A DNA stretch of 64,000 nucleotides from Patescibacteria group bacterium (lineage in GTDB: Bacteria; Patescibacteriota; Minisyncoccia; Phycocordibacterales; PALSA-1337), in NCBI GenBank assembly GCA_040384285.1, contig JAZKJN010000010.1, forward strand, positions 11,995 to 75,994, written 5' to 3'. Both the position numbers and the translations under genes were made by a program. The stretch's first letter is position 1, and every line of letters begins with the position of its first letter. Shown here piece after piece: positions 1 through 8,986 of the stretch. The notes under the pieces were generated by a model. That model was not told the origin of the DNA. It did not search any database and was given only the letters and a program-made list of their open reading frames with translations.

Positions 1-2
1 AT

Positions 3-164
3 CCCTTCAGTAAAAAGGCAGATAAAAAAGCTGCGAAAGATATCCTCAAGAGCCTTACGAAGGGCAAGAAGGATAAGGCACTGGATGCATTTAAAGAATT
101 CTTTGAAGAAGCTGAAGGTGCAGCTGGCAAAGGAGGGGAGGAAAAGAAAGCAGAAAAAGAATAA
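3..164 (+). CDS. C-terminal fragment of an upstream protein of unknown function, truncated by the window start
   Basis: Frame 3 stays open from the window edge to a TAA at 162-164. It translates to ...PFSKKADKKAAKDILKSLTKGKKDKALDAFKEFFEEAEGAAGKGGEEKKAEKE, which has a protein-like Lys/Glu-rich helical composition. The listed ORF 85..297 in another frame looks spurious. Confidence 0.3.
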   Translation, partial: PFSKKADKKAAKDILKSLTKGKKDKALDAFKEFFEEAEGAAGKGGEEKKAEKE

Positions 165-170
165 AAACAC

Positions 171-851
171 ATGGACAGAGAATCAATTATCAAAGAAAAA
201 TTTCAACAATTGCCGGAGGATATCAAGGCTGCTATTAAGAGCAACGATCTTGCGGCCAAGTTTGACGCTATCTCCGAGCGCCATGGTCTTCACGTAGATC
301 AGAGCGGATCTCTACAGACAGAGACTCTTCTTGTGATGCTTGGTATCGAAGATAGTGATGCATATGTAGACAACATCAGAAAAGAACTCGACATATCTCA
401 AAATGAAGCCGAGTCTATTGCCCAAGATGTAAATCAAGAAATATTCAAAGGAATTAGAACTTCTCTACGCACAATGGAGGAGACAAATGAAGAGGAGGTC
501 GTCGAAGAAACACCAGAACCCATCACACCTCCCTCAATCCCCACACCAACCCCCGACATCTCCTCCATCGAAAAAGCTGGGCAATTTACTCTGGAAAAAC
601 CTGAACCTATCCCTGCTTCAGTTCAGTACAACGAAGTACCCCTCAACAGAGAGGCGATATTGAAGGGAATAGAGAGTGATGCAGAGCCGATGATGGATCA
701 TCTCCTCACAGCACCAGTGGTTAGTCCGCAGAAAGTAGAGGTGAAAGTTCCTGAAAACCTACCGACCGTAGGTGAAGCCAACGCCGCACCAAAGCCCCCT
801 GCAGAAAAACCAAAACCATACACAGCCGATCCGTATCGTGAGTCCTTCTAG
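171..851 (+). CDS. hypothetical protein; helical N-terminal domain followed by a Pro/Thr/Glu-rich low-complexity tail
   Basis: 226-aa ORF. It sits directly upstream of the PrgI-like/VirB4 genes on the same strand, with 18 bp between genes. I recognise no family. Confidence 0.45.
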   Translation: MDRESIIKEKFQQLPEDIKAAIKSNDLAAKFDAISERHGLHVDQSGSLQTETLLVMLGIEDSDAYVDNIRKELDISQNEAESIAQDVNQEIFKGIRTSLRTMEETNEEEVVEETPEPITPPSIPTPTPDISSIEKAGQFTLEKPEPIPASVQYNEVPLNREAILKGIESDAEPMMDHLLTAPVVSPQKVEVKVPENLPTVGEANAAPKPPAEKPKPYTADPYRESF

Positions 852-869
852 TAGTGCTATACTATATAC

Positions 870-1295
870 ATGCGTTTTCAGGTCCCCCAATTCATTGAAA
901 TAGAGGACAAGATCTTTGGGCCACTCACCCTCAAGCAGTTTGTCTTCCTGGCTGGAGGGGCAGGGCTTTCGTTTGTGATCTTCCGACTGCTTCCGAGCAT
1001 TGTCTACTCTTTTATTCCAATACTTGCTGTCATGGCTTTCTCTTTTGCCCTCGCTTTCTACAAGATCAACAACAAACCTTTTATTTTCGTAGTGGAAGCA
1101 GCATTCAAATACTTTACCGGCAGTAAGCTCTATATATGGAAAAAAGAAGATAGGAAAAAAGCACAGGGACCTGCCCAAGAGGCGAGGGAATACGCAGGAA
1201 TTATGGTTCCAAAGATTTCCGACAGCAAATTGAAAGATCTGACATGGAGTTTGGATATCAAAGAAAGCATGTACACCAATAAAAATCAAAAATAA
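870..1295 (+). CDS. PrgI-family (VirB3-like) small membrane protein of a type IV secretion-like system
   Basis: The N-terminus MRFQVPQFIEIEDKIFGPLTLKQFVFL... is followed by two hydrophobic helices, the pattern of PrgI/VirB3 family proteins. It sits immediately upstream of VirB4, 2 bp from it. Confidence 0.55.
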   Translation: MRFQVPQFIEIEDKIFGPLTLKQFVFLAGGAGLSFVIFRLLPSIVYSFIPILAVMAFSFALAFYKINNKPFIFVVEAAFKYFTGSKLYIWKKEDRKKAQGPAQEAREYAGIMVPKISDSKLKDLTWSLDIKESMYTNKNQK

Positions 1296-1297
1296 TC

Positions 1298-1930
1298 ATG
1301 GCTCCCTCCTCAAAAACAACTCAAGATTTTGTACCGATACAGGAAATACGCGATGGTATCGTGATTCTCAAAGATGGCTCGATGCGGGCAATTATTCTCG
1401 CCTCATCTTTGAACTTTGCCCTCAAATCAGGCGATGAGCAGAACGCGATCATCCTCCAATTCCAAAACTTTTTGAACTCTCTGGACTTCTCGGTACAAAT
1501 CTTTGTGCAGTCAAAACGACTTGATATACGGCCATATATTGCCCTCCTCGAAGAGCGGTACAAGGAACAGATGACGGAGCTTATGAAGATCCAGACTCGA
1601 GAGTATATTGAATTCATCAAAACATTTGTCGAAAACTCGAGCATCATGACAAAGGGATTCTTTCTTGTTATCCCATACATGCCACCAAGCATGACTGTAT
1701 CGAAAAATCCTGTCTCATCCATGTTTAAAAAGGGTGGGGGAGGCAATGTACTCGCAAATGAAAAGTTTGAGGAGTATCGAAGCCAACTTGAGCAGCGCGT
1801 GGGAGTGGTGGAGCAGGGACTTGTGCGATGTGGAATACGTGTAGCAGAGCTTGGAACAGAAGAGGTGGTAGAATTGTATTATAAGATCTTCAATCCCGGA
1901 GAAACAGAGAAGCCAATTCAAATCAATTAA
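1298..1930 (+). CDS. VirB4/TrsE/PrgJ-type conjugal-transfer ATPase, N-terminal domain (split from the ATPase domain by an in-frame TAA)
   Basis: The sequence ...FVPIQEIRDGIVILKDGSMRAIILASSLNFALKSGDEQNAI... matches the conserved N-terminus of VirB4/TraC-family ATPases. It is in the same frame as the next ORF, separated only by TAA (1928-1930) plus two codons. Confidence 0.55.
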   Translation: MAPSSKTTQDFVPIQEIRDGIVILKDGSMRAIILASSLNFALKSGDEQNAIILQFQNFLNSLDFSVQIFVQSKRLDIRPYIALLEERYKEQMTELMKIQTREYIEFIKTFVENSSIMTKGFFLVIPYMPPSMTVSKNPVSSMFKKGGGGNVLANEKFEEYRSQLEQRVGVVEQGLVRCGIRVAELGTEEVVELYYKIFNPGETEKPIQIN

Positions 1931-1936
1931 TATAGT

Positions 1937-3763
1937 ATGGGAATTTTTAACAAACTACGAGGAAAAAAAGAAGAGCAGTCTCCCATTGTGTCTCTCATGC
2001 CACAGGAGATCTATGAAGCAGGCGTACTTGAACTCAAAGACGTCATCGCTCCTTCGGCGTTGAAGATCAGTCCAAAGGAAATCAACCTCGGAGAGAAAGT
2101 TGCTCGCACATTTTTCGTGATTTCATACCCTCGATTCCTTTCTGAAAGCTGGTTTGCACCCATCATCAACCTCGACAAGATTTTTAACATCTCAATCTTC
2201 ATTCACCCCGTAGATACAGCAAAGATCCTCCGACATTTCCAGAAAAAAGTAGCTGAGGTACAGAGCCAGATCTCGCAAAGGGAAGACAAGGGACTTGTAC
2301 GAGACCCGATGCTTGATACTGCATACCAGGATCTCGAAGCTCTCCGAGATAACTTGATGCAGGCACAGGAAAAAATATTTGACGTAGGAGTATATATCAC
2401 AATCTTTGGAGACAACAGCTCTGAGCTCGACAAAATGGAATCCGAGATTAAGTCCATTCTTGAGGCAAAACTCGTATACTTAAAGCCAGCACTTTTCCAG
2501 CAGGAAGCAGGGTACCGAAGCGTACTTCCTATTGCCTCAGACGAGCTCAATGTCCACTCAAAGCTCAATTCTTCGCCACTTTCAAGTCTGTTTCCGTTTG
2601 TTTCCTTTGACCTCACCTCTGACAAGGGAATTCTTTACGGAATCAACCGACACAACTCATCCCTCGTGCTTTTTGATCGATTCCTTCTTGAAAACTACAA
2701 CTCTGTAACCTTTGCAAAGGCTGGATCTGGAAAATCATACTGTACAAAGCTCGAGATTTTGCGAACACTTATGTTTGATACAGAAGTTATCGTGATCGAC
2801 CCTGAAAAGGAATACGAGTACATGGCTGAGGCCACAGGAGGGAAGTATTTCAACATCTCTTTGAACTCAGAGCACCACATTAACCCCTTTGATCTTCCGA
2901 TCCCTCGTGAAGACGAGTCCGCTGCAGACGTCTTGCGTTCAAACATCATCAACCTCGTAGGACTTTTCCGCATCATGCTTGGAGGACTCACTCAGGAAGA
3001 GGATGCGATCATCGATCGAGCCATCACTGAGACATACGCACTCAAGGATATTACTCCTGAATCTGACTTTAGAAATGTAGAACCGCCACTTCTCTCTGAC
3101 TTTGAGCTTGTGCTTGCAGGAATGGAGGGAGCAGAGTCTCTCGTAGAACGACTCACCAAGTACACAAAGGGAACCTGGTCAGGTTTTATCAACCGTCCCT
3201 CGAACGTCGATATCAACAAGAAATTTGTGGTGTTCTCACTTCGAGATATGGAAGATGAGCTCAAGCCTGTGGCAATGTACATCGTCACCCACTACATATG
3301 GAACGCGATCAGAAAAGTTTTGAAGAAGCGTTTGCTCGTGATCGATGAGGCATGGTGGATGATGAAATCAGAAGACACAGCTTCATTCCTTCTTGGTTTG
3401 GCAAAGCGAGGACGAAAATACTATCTCGGGCTTGCAACTATTACCCAAGACGTCGACGACTTCTTGAAATCTCCGTATGGGTTGCCGATTATTACCAACT
3501 CTTCGATCCAGATTCTTTTGAAACAGTCTCCGTCATCGATTGATAACATTCAGAGAACATTCAACCTTACTGATGAAGAAAAATATTTGCTCCTCGAGTC
3601 GGATGTGGGGGAGGGAATCTTCTTTGTAGGACTCAAGCACGTAGCTCTAAAGGTGGTTGCTTCATATACAGAAGACCAGATTATTACCACAAACCCTGCA
3701 CAGGTACTCGCACAGAAAAAAGCTCGTGCCGATCTAGCGGAAGCAGAAGCAAATGGAAAATAA
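1937..3763 (+). CDS. VirB4-family type IV secretion ATPase (ATPase domain)
   Basis: Walker A in FAKAGSGKSYCTK, Walker B/DEAW motif in LLVIDEAWWMM. At 608 aa it is in the typical VirB4/TraC/TrsE C-terminal size range. Confidence 0.8.
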   Translation: MGIFNKLRGKKEEQSPIVSLMPQEIYEAGVLELKDVIAPSALKISPKEINLGEKVARTFFVISYPRFLSESWFAPIINLDKIFNISIFIHPVDTAKILRHFQKKVAEVQSQISQREDKGLVRDPMLDTAYQDLEALRDNLMQAQEKIFDVGVYITIFGDNSSELDKMESEIKSILEAKLVYLKPALFQQEAGYRSVLPIASDELNVHSKLNSSPLSSLFPFVSFDLTSDKGILYGINRHNSSLVLFDRFLLENYNSVTFAKAGSGKSYCTKLEILRTLMFDTEVIVIDPEKEYEYMAEATGGKYFNISLNSEHHINPFDLPIPREDESAADVLRSNIINLVGLFRIMLGGLTQEEDAIIDRAITETYALKDITPESDFRNVEPPLLSDFELVLAGMEGAESLVERLTKYTKGTWSGFINRPSNVDINKKFVVFSLRDMEDELKPVAMYIVTHYIWNAIRKVLKKRLLVIDEAWWMMKSEDTASFLLGLAKRGRKYYLGLATITQDVDDFLKSPYGLPIITNSSIQILLKQSPSSIDNIQRTFNLTDEEKYLLLESDVGEGIFFVGLKHVALKVVASYTEDQIITTNPAQVLAQKKARADLAEAEANGK

Positions 3764-4175
3764 TGAAGTTGAACAAGTAGAAAATAGGAAGAAATATCGA
3801 ATAGGGTGGTTTGCGATAGTCTTTTGGGTAGGGGTTGCTGTGATTTTTGACCTCCTTACTCTTATTCCTATTGTCGGGGCCGTGTGCGGAACTTTATATT
3901 TTGCTGCATTTGCAGTATATCTTTGGAAAACAGGGCATGGATGGGTAAATTGGAAAGTTGTGGTTCCCGAAGCGCTCGCCGTGGTCGCTGAGTGGATCCC
4001 GGCAATACAAGCTTTGCCAGCAATAGTTGCGGGAGCCGTCATAATCATCGCAATCTCAAGAGTTGAGGATAAAACCGGTATTTCCATTCCTCTCCCCGGC
4101 AAAAAACCAGGTACCACTCCACCGCGTATTCAAAAAGCACCACTCAATCAAGGAGGGGTGAGGGCACCTCGATAG
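3753..4175 (+). CDS. small integral membrane protein (3 predicted TM segments), T4SS-locus associated
   Basis: 140-aa ORF that overlaps the VirB4 stop by 11 nt. Most of the sequence is hydrophobic helices. Confidence 0.4.
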   Translation: MENNEVEQVENRKKYRIGWFAIVFWVGVAVIFDLLTLIPIVGAVCGTLYFAAFAVYLWKTGHGWVNWKVVVPEALAVVAEWIPAIQALPAIVAGAVIIIAISRVEDKTGISIPLPGKKPGTTPPRIQKAPLNQGGVRAPR

Positions 4176-4227
4176 GTTACGGGATATTCACATATTATCC
4201 ACAGGACTTCGTGATACAATGTGGTGA

Positions 4228-5247
4228 ATGAAAGTGGTATTCAAAATCTCAATTCTTGCTCTATTCTTCACTTTTTCTTCTCTGCTTGCCCATGCCCAAT
4301 TGCCGACTTCCGCAGATAGCATGACACTTACCGTAAATCCTGAGAATCCGGCTCCGGGACAGAGTTTTCGTGTAACTTTACAGAGCTATGACCTCGATCT
4401 TTCTGGAGCATCTATAGTATGGAGAGTAAATGGCCAGATAGAGGCTCAGGGAATAGGGGTGGGATCTGTAAGTCTTGTTGCCCCAAAATCCGGTACGGCG
4501 CTTTCAATCATTATCAATATCAAAGGGGCAAATGGTAGGGAGATGGAAAAAAGACTCACTATCAAGCCGAGCTCTGTGGACCTCATCTGGGAACCTCTTG
4601 GATATGCACCGCCGTTTTTTAAGGGTAAGGGAATATTTGCATATCAGAATAGGATAAGAATCGTTGCTATTCCACACATTCTCCAGTCTGCAGGAAAAGA
4701 AATCGATCCAAAGACTCTCGTATACACATGGAAAAAGGATGGGAAGTATATCGACAATGCATCTGGATACGGACGACAAGCGGTGGAGATCCAAACAGAA
4801 GAGCTTCCAAAGCCCCAGAAAATTAGCGTGGAGATCAGTAACCGAGAGGGGACAGAAAGTGCTGTAGGTGAGATCGTGCTTGAGCCAGGAAAACCTTCTG
4901 TCGCTTTTTACGAAGAAGATCTTTTGTATGGAACTTTATTCAACACAGCCCTCGGACGACGAGTTGACCTAAAAAACAAGGAGATGAAGATCCGCGCCGT
5001 GCCATATGACTTCAATTCTTCATTGACACGAGATGCGAACTCATATGTATGGTCGATCAACAATGTAGAGCAGCCAGACCTCATCACAAATCAGAGTATC
5101 ACCATCCGCACAAAAGGGGACACTGATGGAAGTTCGAATATCAACCTAAATATTCGCAACGAAGATTTTATCCTCCAGGGAGCAGATGGATTCTTTTCGG
5201 TATTTTTCAGCAAGAAAGCAGACGAGGAGAATGAATCAGTCTTTTAA
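4228..5247 (+). CDS. secreted protein with three tandem beta-sandwich-like repeats
   Basis: Signal peptide MKVVFKISILALFFTFSSLLAHA. About 90-aa internal repeats share a V-x-P...Y-x-W-x-x-x-G pattern (LTVNPENP..VWRVNGQ, IRIVAIPH..YTWKKDGK, MKIRAVPY..YVWSINNVEQ). Confidence 0.5.
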   Translation: MKVVFKISILALFFTFSSLLAHAQLPTSADSMTLTVNPENPAPGQSFRVTLQSYDLDLSGASIVWRVNGQIEAQGIGVGSVSLVAPKSGTALSIIINIKGANGREMEKRLTIKPSSVDLIWEPLGYAPPFFKGKGIFAYQNRIRIVAIPHILQSAGKEIDPKTLVYTWKKDGKYIDNASGYGRQAVEIQTEELPKPQKISVEISNREGTESAVGEIVLEPGKPSVAFYEEDLLYGTLFNTALGRRVDLKNKEMKIRAVPYDFNSSLTRDANSYVWSINNVEQPDLITNQSITIRTKGDTDGSSNINLNIRNEDFILQGADGFFSVFFSKKADEENESVF

Positions 5248-5254
5248 TTAACAC

Positions 5255-6349
5255 ATGAAGAAACTACTTTATATTTTCATAGCACTTCTCCTAGCACTTG
5301 ATGCTTTGGATGTACGAGCCCAAGATACATATACACTTCTTGAGCCTCTACCTTGTATTGAAGGGACAGGGAACAATTGTAATCCAAACGAGCTAATCCA
5401 AAAAATTGAATTCAATACCTACCTCAGCTACATCTTTAAGTTTGGTATTGCGATTGCTGGATTCCTCGCTGTGGTCATGATCATTGTCGGAGGATTTGAA
5501 TACATGTTGAGCGAAGCGCCGTTTGCAAAGACAAATGGAAAAGAGAGAATCACAAATGCAATCATCGGTCTTCTGGGTGTACTCACCTCATACCTCATTC
5601 TCGTCACCATCGATCCCCGACTCGTGCAAATCAACTCTGCCTTGCCTCCGATAGAGATAAAGACGGATGAAGCTGCAGCTTTTAGACAAAATCTGGGACA
5701 AGAATTGAGTTTACTCAACGAGGCATCTCGTCTGGAGTATGTAAGGCTAACAAGCACTATGACAGACAAGAAAAAGGCGATAGAAGCCCTTGAAACCAAG
5801 GAAGGTGGTCCAGGACTTACGGCTCAGGAAAAACTCGACCTCATCAAACTCAAAGAGGAAGTGCGAGGTATAACCGCAGATAGGACAAAGGTTTTGGCAC
5901 ACGAAACTCTCGAAATGAACTTTAGCCAGGCTATTGGAAAAATTAATGCACTTGAATCAGCATCGATTACAGATACTCAAAAGGAAATTGCGGGGGAAGT
6001 TACAAAAATAAATCTTACAACAGCAAAATATGTAGATCAACTCCATGTAGCAGGGGATTTGGAGGGGGAAGCACAACTTGCTAATAAAAAAGTCTTCTAT
6101 ATGGAGCAGCTCACAGAACAGATAAGTCTCATGACTTCAATCGCAGCGTACGAAGACAAGCCCCAGGCCTCAGGCAAAACTGTTTTGGAAAACTATATGA
6201 AGATATACGAAAACGAGCTCGACAACCTCGAGGATTCGACAGGAAAATATGCAGACCAGATGAAAGATGACTCGACTCTTTCCCTACAATACGGAACGCT
6301 TTTACAAAACCGAATAGGACTCATCAAAGCGACACTTAAGATCCAATAA
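5255..6349 (+). CDS. VirB2/TrbC-like pilin-type protein with a ~230-aa C-terminal coiled-coil extension
   Basis: Signal peptide, then two hydrophobic helices (IFKFGIAIAGFLAVVMIIVGGF and AIIGLLGVLTSYLILVTI), the arrangement typical of T4SS pilins. The C-terminal half has a heptad-rich E/K/L composition. Confidence 0.4.
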   Translation: MKKLLYIFIALLLALDALDVRAQDTYTLLEPLPCIEGTGNNCNPNELIQKIEFNTYLSYIFKFGIAIAGFLAVVMIIVGGFEYMLSEAPFAKTNGKERITNAIIGLLGVLTSYLILVTIDPRLVQINSALPPIEIKTDEAAAFRQNLGQELSLLNEASRLEYVRLTSTMTDKKKAIEALETKEGGPGLTAQEKLDLIKLKEEVRGITADRTKVLAHETLEMNFSQAIGKINALESASITDTQKEIAGEVTKINLTTAKYVDQLHVAGDLEGEAQLANKKVFYMEQLTEQISLMTSIAAYEDKPQASGKTVLENYMKIYENELDNLEDSTGKYADQMKDDSTLSLQYGTLLQNRIGLIKATLKIQ

Positions 6350-6351
6350 AA

Positions 6352-7617
6352 ATGAAAAAAACTACCTTTATCATCTTCACAGTTCTCATCATGGCTCTCG
6401 TTGCGGGAGGGATATATTGGTTTTTCTACATGAGAGCACCAGCAGAAACAGATCCTAGTACAGAACCAACCACTGGTCGTACTGGCTTTTGGCCGTTTGC
6501 TCGAAATCCATCACCCCAGGTAGTCGATACATTTCCCTCAGTCTCGACCACCACTCCGTTTCCTGACACCCAGGAAGTATCTGAAGTAGAACTTCCGCAA
6601 CTCCGAAAGATAAGTAGCACACCCGTCGGAGGAATGGGGGTAATCTCACTCGAAGGATTCTCGATCCTCCGCTTTATCGACCGAGGTACAGGACATGTAT
6701 CTGAAACACACAACCTCACACTCGAAAACGAAACTATTTCAAACACCACTCTTCCTAAAATCTACGAGAGCTACTGGAACAAGAATCTCAATGCATTTAT
6801 ATTGCGCTTTACCCGAGGCGACACAGATACTATCGCAAATCTTTTTGCAGAGCTTCGACCCATTGCCTCTACAACAGAAGCTCAAACTTCGACACGCTTT
6901 GAAGTGAAGGGAAAGTATATCTCAGACACCATCGACCAGATCACTGTATCTCCAGCAGGGGACAAGGTAGCGACATGGAACATAGAGGACGCTAAAGGAG
7001 CTCTGTATGTCTCTACATTTGATGAAAAGACACGGACAAAACTCCTTGATGCTCCGTTTACCCAAGCAACACTTGAATGGCCCGAAATAAACACTCTACT
7101 CCTCGGAACAAAGGCTTCCGCAGGTAGCTCAGGCTATCTCTACAAAGTAGATATAAAGACGGGAGTACAAACCAAGCTTCTTGGCGGGATCAAGGGCCTC
7201 TCAGGCACCATGAGCCGAGACGCGCAGCACGTACTCTTTTCTCGAGGAGGTATCGATAGTGTGAACACTTCGCTCCTCACGGTGAAAGACTCAGTCGTAT
7301 CTGAAGTAATATTTAAAACCCTGGCAGACAAATGTACTTGGAGCACACTCCGTAAAAATGAAATATACTGCGCAGTGCCGACAGAAATCCCTCAGGGAAT
7401 CTACCCCGATGCATGGTACAAAGGAACGGTTTCTTTTGTAGATCAGATATGGCACCTTAACACCGCAACAGGGGAGGTACATCTTCTTGCAAACCTTCTC
7501 CGTCTTTCAGACGAGCTCATAGACGCAACAAAGCTTACCCTCGACCCCGACGAGAACTTTCTTTACTTCACAAACAAAAGAGACCTTTCACTCTGGTCTC
7601 TGGATCTCAACAAGTAG
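6352..7617 (+). CDS. membrane-anchored extracytoplasmic protein of unknown function
   Basis: N-terminal TM segment IIFTVLIMALVAGGIYWFFY followed by a 390-aa soluble domain. It is the last gene of the plus-strand T4SS-like operon. Confidence 0.5.
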   Translation: MKKTTFIIFTVLIMALVAGGIYWFFYMRAPAETDPSTEPTTGRTGFWPFARNPSPQVVDTFPSVSTTTPFPDTQEVSEVELPQLRKISSTPVGGMGVISLEGFSILRFIDRGTGHVSETHNLTLENETISNTTLPKIYESYWNKNLNAFILRFTRGDTDTIANLFAELRPIASTTEAQTSTRFEVKGKYISDTIDQITVSPAGDKVATWNIEDAKGALYVSTFDEKTRTKLLDAPFTQATLEWPEINTLLLGTKASAGSSGYLYKVDIKTGVQTKLLGGIKGLSGTMSRDAQHVLFSRGGIDSVNTSLLTVKDSVVSEVIFKTLADKCTWSTLRKNEIYCAVPTEIPQGIYPDAWYKGTVSFVDQIWHLNTATGEVHLLANLLRLSDELIDATKLTLDPDENFLYFTNKRDLSLWSLDLNK

Positions 7618-7625
7618 TTTAAGAA

Positions 7626-7655
7626 ACACCAGTCTAGAGAGGCTGGTGTTTTTTT
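7626..7655. terminator. bidirectional rho-independent terminator between the T4SS-like operon and yidC
   Basis: Stem ACACCAG/CTGGTGT (7 bp), 10-nt loop, then TTTTTT. The yidC stop codon lies inside the hairpin. Confidence 0.5.
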
Positions 7656-8368
7656 AGGTGTCTTCGTACGACAAGCTCCTGTCCGAGAGTAAAGAGACTG
7701 CTCACTGCCCAGTAGAGAGCAACTACCGCAGAGATTTGATATGAGATGATAAATACGATCACAGGAAAAACATATTTCATATTTCGCATCATGCCCTGGG
7801 CAATATCCATCTGTGAAGGAACTGTTCCCGGCTTTGGCTTTGGTACAGCTGCACCGGCAAGTGAGTAGTGAAGCTGGAAAAACTGAGCGACAGCAGCAAA
7901 AAGAGAGAGGATGATACTTTTTTGACTAATATCAAAGAGCCCAATAAAATTCATGTCGATCATAGGAACCTTTACAAAAGGGTAGAGGAGGGCTGTCTGC
8001 ACTTCAGGAAGTCCTGCATGGATAAAGATAGAGTAGAGAGCATAGATGATGGGCAATTGGATCAAGAGGACAAAGAAACTTGAGAAAGGGTTGACCTTTT
8101 TTTCTTTGTAGAGAGCCATGACCTGGCGAGCCTGCTCTTGCTTGTCAGAAACCTGGAGTTTTAAACGATTGAGCTCGGGCTCGATCTCTTTCATACGGAC
8201 CTGGGTCACAATAGCCTTTTTAGAAAGGGGAAAGAGGATGATGCGAATAAGAATAGTAAAAAGAATTACGGCGATCCCTGCGTCGATAAAGGGCAGGATA
8301 TCCATAAGAAAGATCAGACCATTATAGAGGGGATTGAAAACAAACGTGTGATATATAAAAGAAAACAT
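7634..8368 (-). CDS. yidC: membrane protein insertase YidC (short Gram-positive-type form)
   Basis: 244 aa with multiple TM segments and the Oxa1/YidC-like core. It sits in the conserved rpmH-rnpA-yidC arrangement. Confidence 0.85.
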   Translation of the reverse strand: MFSFIYHTFVFNPLYNGLIFLMDILPFIDAGIAVILFTILIRIILFPLSKKAIVTQVRMKEIEPELNRLKLQVSDKQEQARQVMALYKEKKVNPFSSFFVLLIQLPIIYALYSIFIHAGLPEVQTALLYPFVKVPMIDMNFIGLFDISQKSIILSLFAAVAQFFQLHYSLAGAAVPKPKPGTVPSQMDIAQGMMRNMKYVFPVIVFIISYQISAVVALYWAVSSLFTLGQELVVRRHLKKHQPL

Positions 8369-8381
8369 AATAGTAGCTATT

Positions 8382-8717
8382 TTACTTTAAAAGACCTGAT
8401 TTAACAAAGATTTTTTCAATCTCGACTGCCAACTCCTGAAAGGGGAGTTTCTCTACTCCTTTTTTCATCACAAGCACACCGTGATACCCAGTTTTTATTT
8501 TATCCTCAAAGCCCCGTATAGCAGAGTAAGCTCTGCGGCGGATCTTGTTTCTCTCCACAGCTCCTTTTGATACCTTTTTGGGCACAGACACTGAGAACCG
8601 GCTTATTCCGCTTGCTTGGGTAAAAAACAAAGAGCCAAGGGGGGTATGGAGAACCCGTCCTTGCTCTAAAACCTTGGAAAATAGTGTGGTAGAAAGCCTC
8701 TTTGAGTGAGGTAGCAT
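8382..8717 (-). CDS. rnpA: ribonuclease P protein component
   Basis: 111 aa, basic, with the RnpA-like motif KRLSTTLFSKVL...KKVSKGAVERNKIRRR. Its position between rpmH and yidC fits. Confidence 0.8.
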   Translation of the reverse strand: MLPHSKRLSTTLFSKVLEQGRVLHTPLGSLFFTQASGISRFSVSVPKKVSKGAVERNKIRRRAYSAIRGFEDKIKTGYHGVLVMKKGVEKLPFQELAVEIEKIFVKSGLLK

Positions 8718-8728
8718 AGAAATGCTCT

Positions 8729-8863
8729 TTATACCGCGATCCTCTTGCGTCCCTTTGTTCGTCGTCGCTTCAAAACTGCTCGTCCTGAAGTAGACTTTGA
8801 TCGCACAAGGAATCCATGTGTCTTTGCTCTCTTTCGTTTCTTTGGTTGGTATGTAAATGACAT
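8729..8863 (-). CDS. rpmH: 50S ribosomal protein L34
   Basis: Hand translation of the minus strand gives [44 protein letters not shown] (44 aa), matching the L34 consensus MKRTYQPS.RKR..THGFR.R. It is absent from the ORF track because it is under 60 aa. Confidence 0.85.
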   Translation of the reverse strand: MSFTYQPKKRKRAKTHGFLVRSKSTSGRAVLKRRRTKGRKRIAV

Positions 8864-8986
8864 AGTTTTAGTAGTCTAGCGTATAATCCACAACTTATCA
8901 ACATGTTTATAAAGTTTACACAAGTTCTCTAATTTTTTTACGAGTATATACTTACAGTAATTATTTTTATCTCTACATCTATTTTT
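8864..8986. promoter_or_regulatory. oriC-like region upstream of dnaA (DnaA boxes plus an AT-rich tract)
   Basis: TAATCCACA (8884-8892) and TTATCAACA (8895-8903) each match TTATCCACA at 8 of 9 positions. A very AT-rich stretch follows at 8930-8986. Confidence 0.5.
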
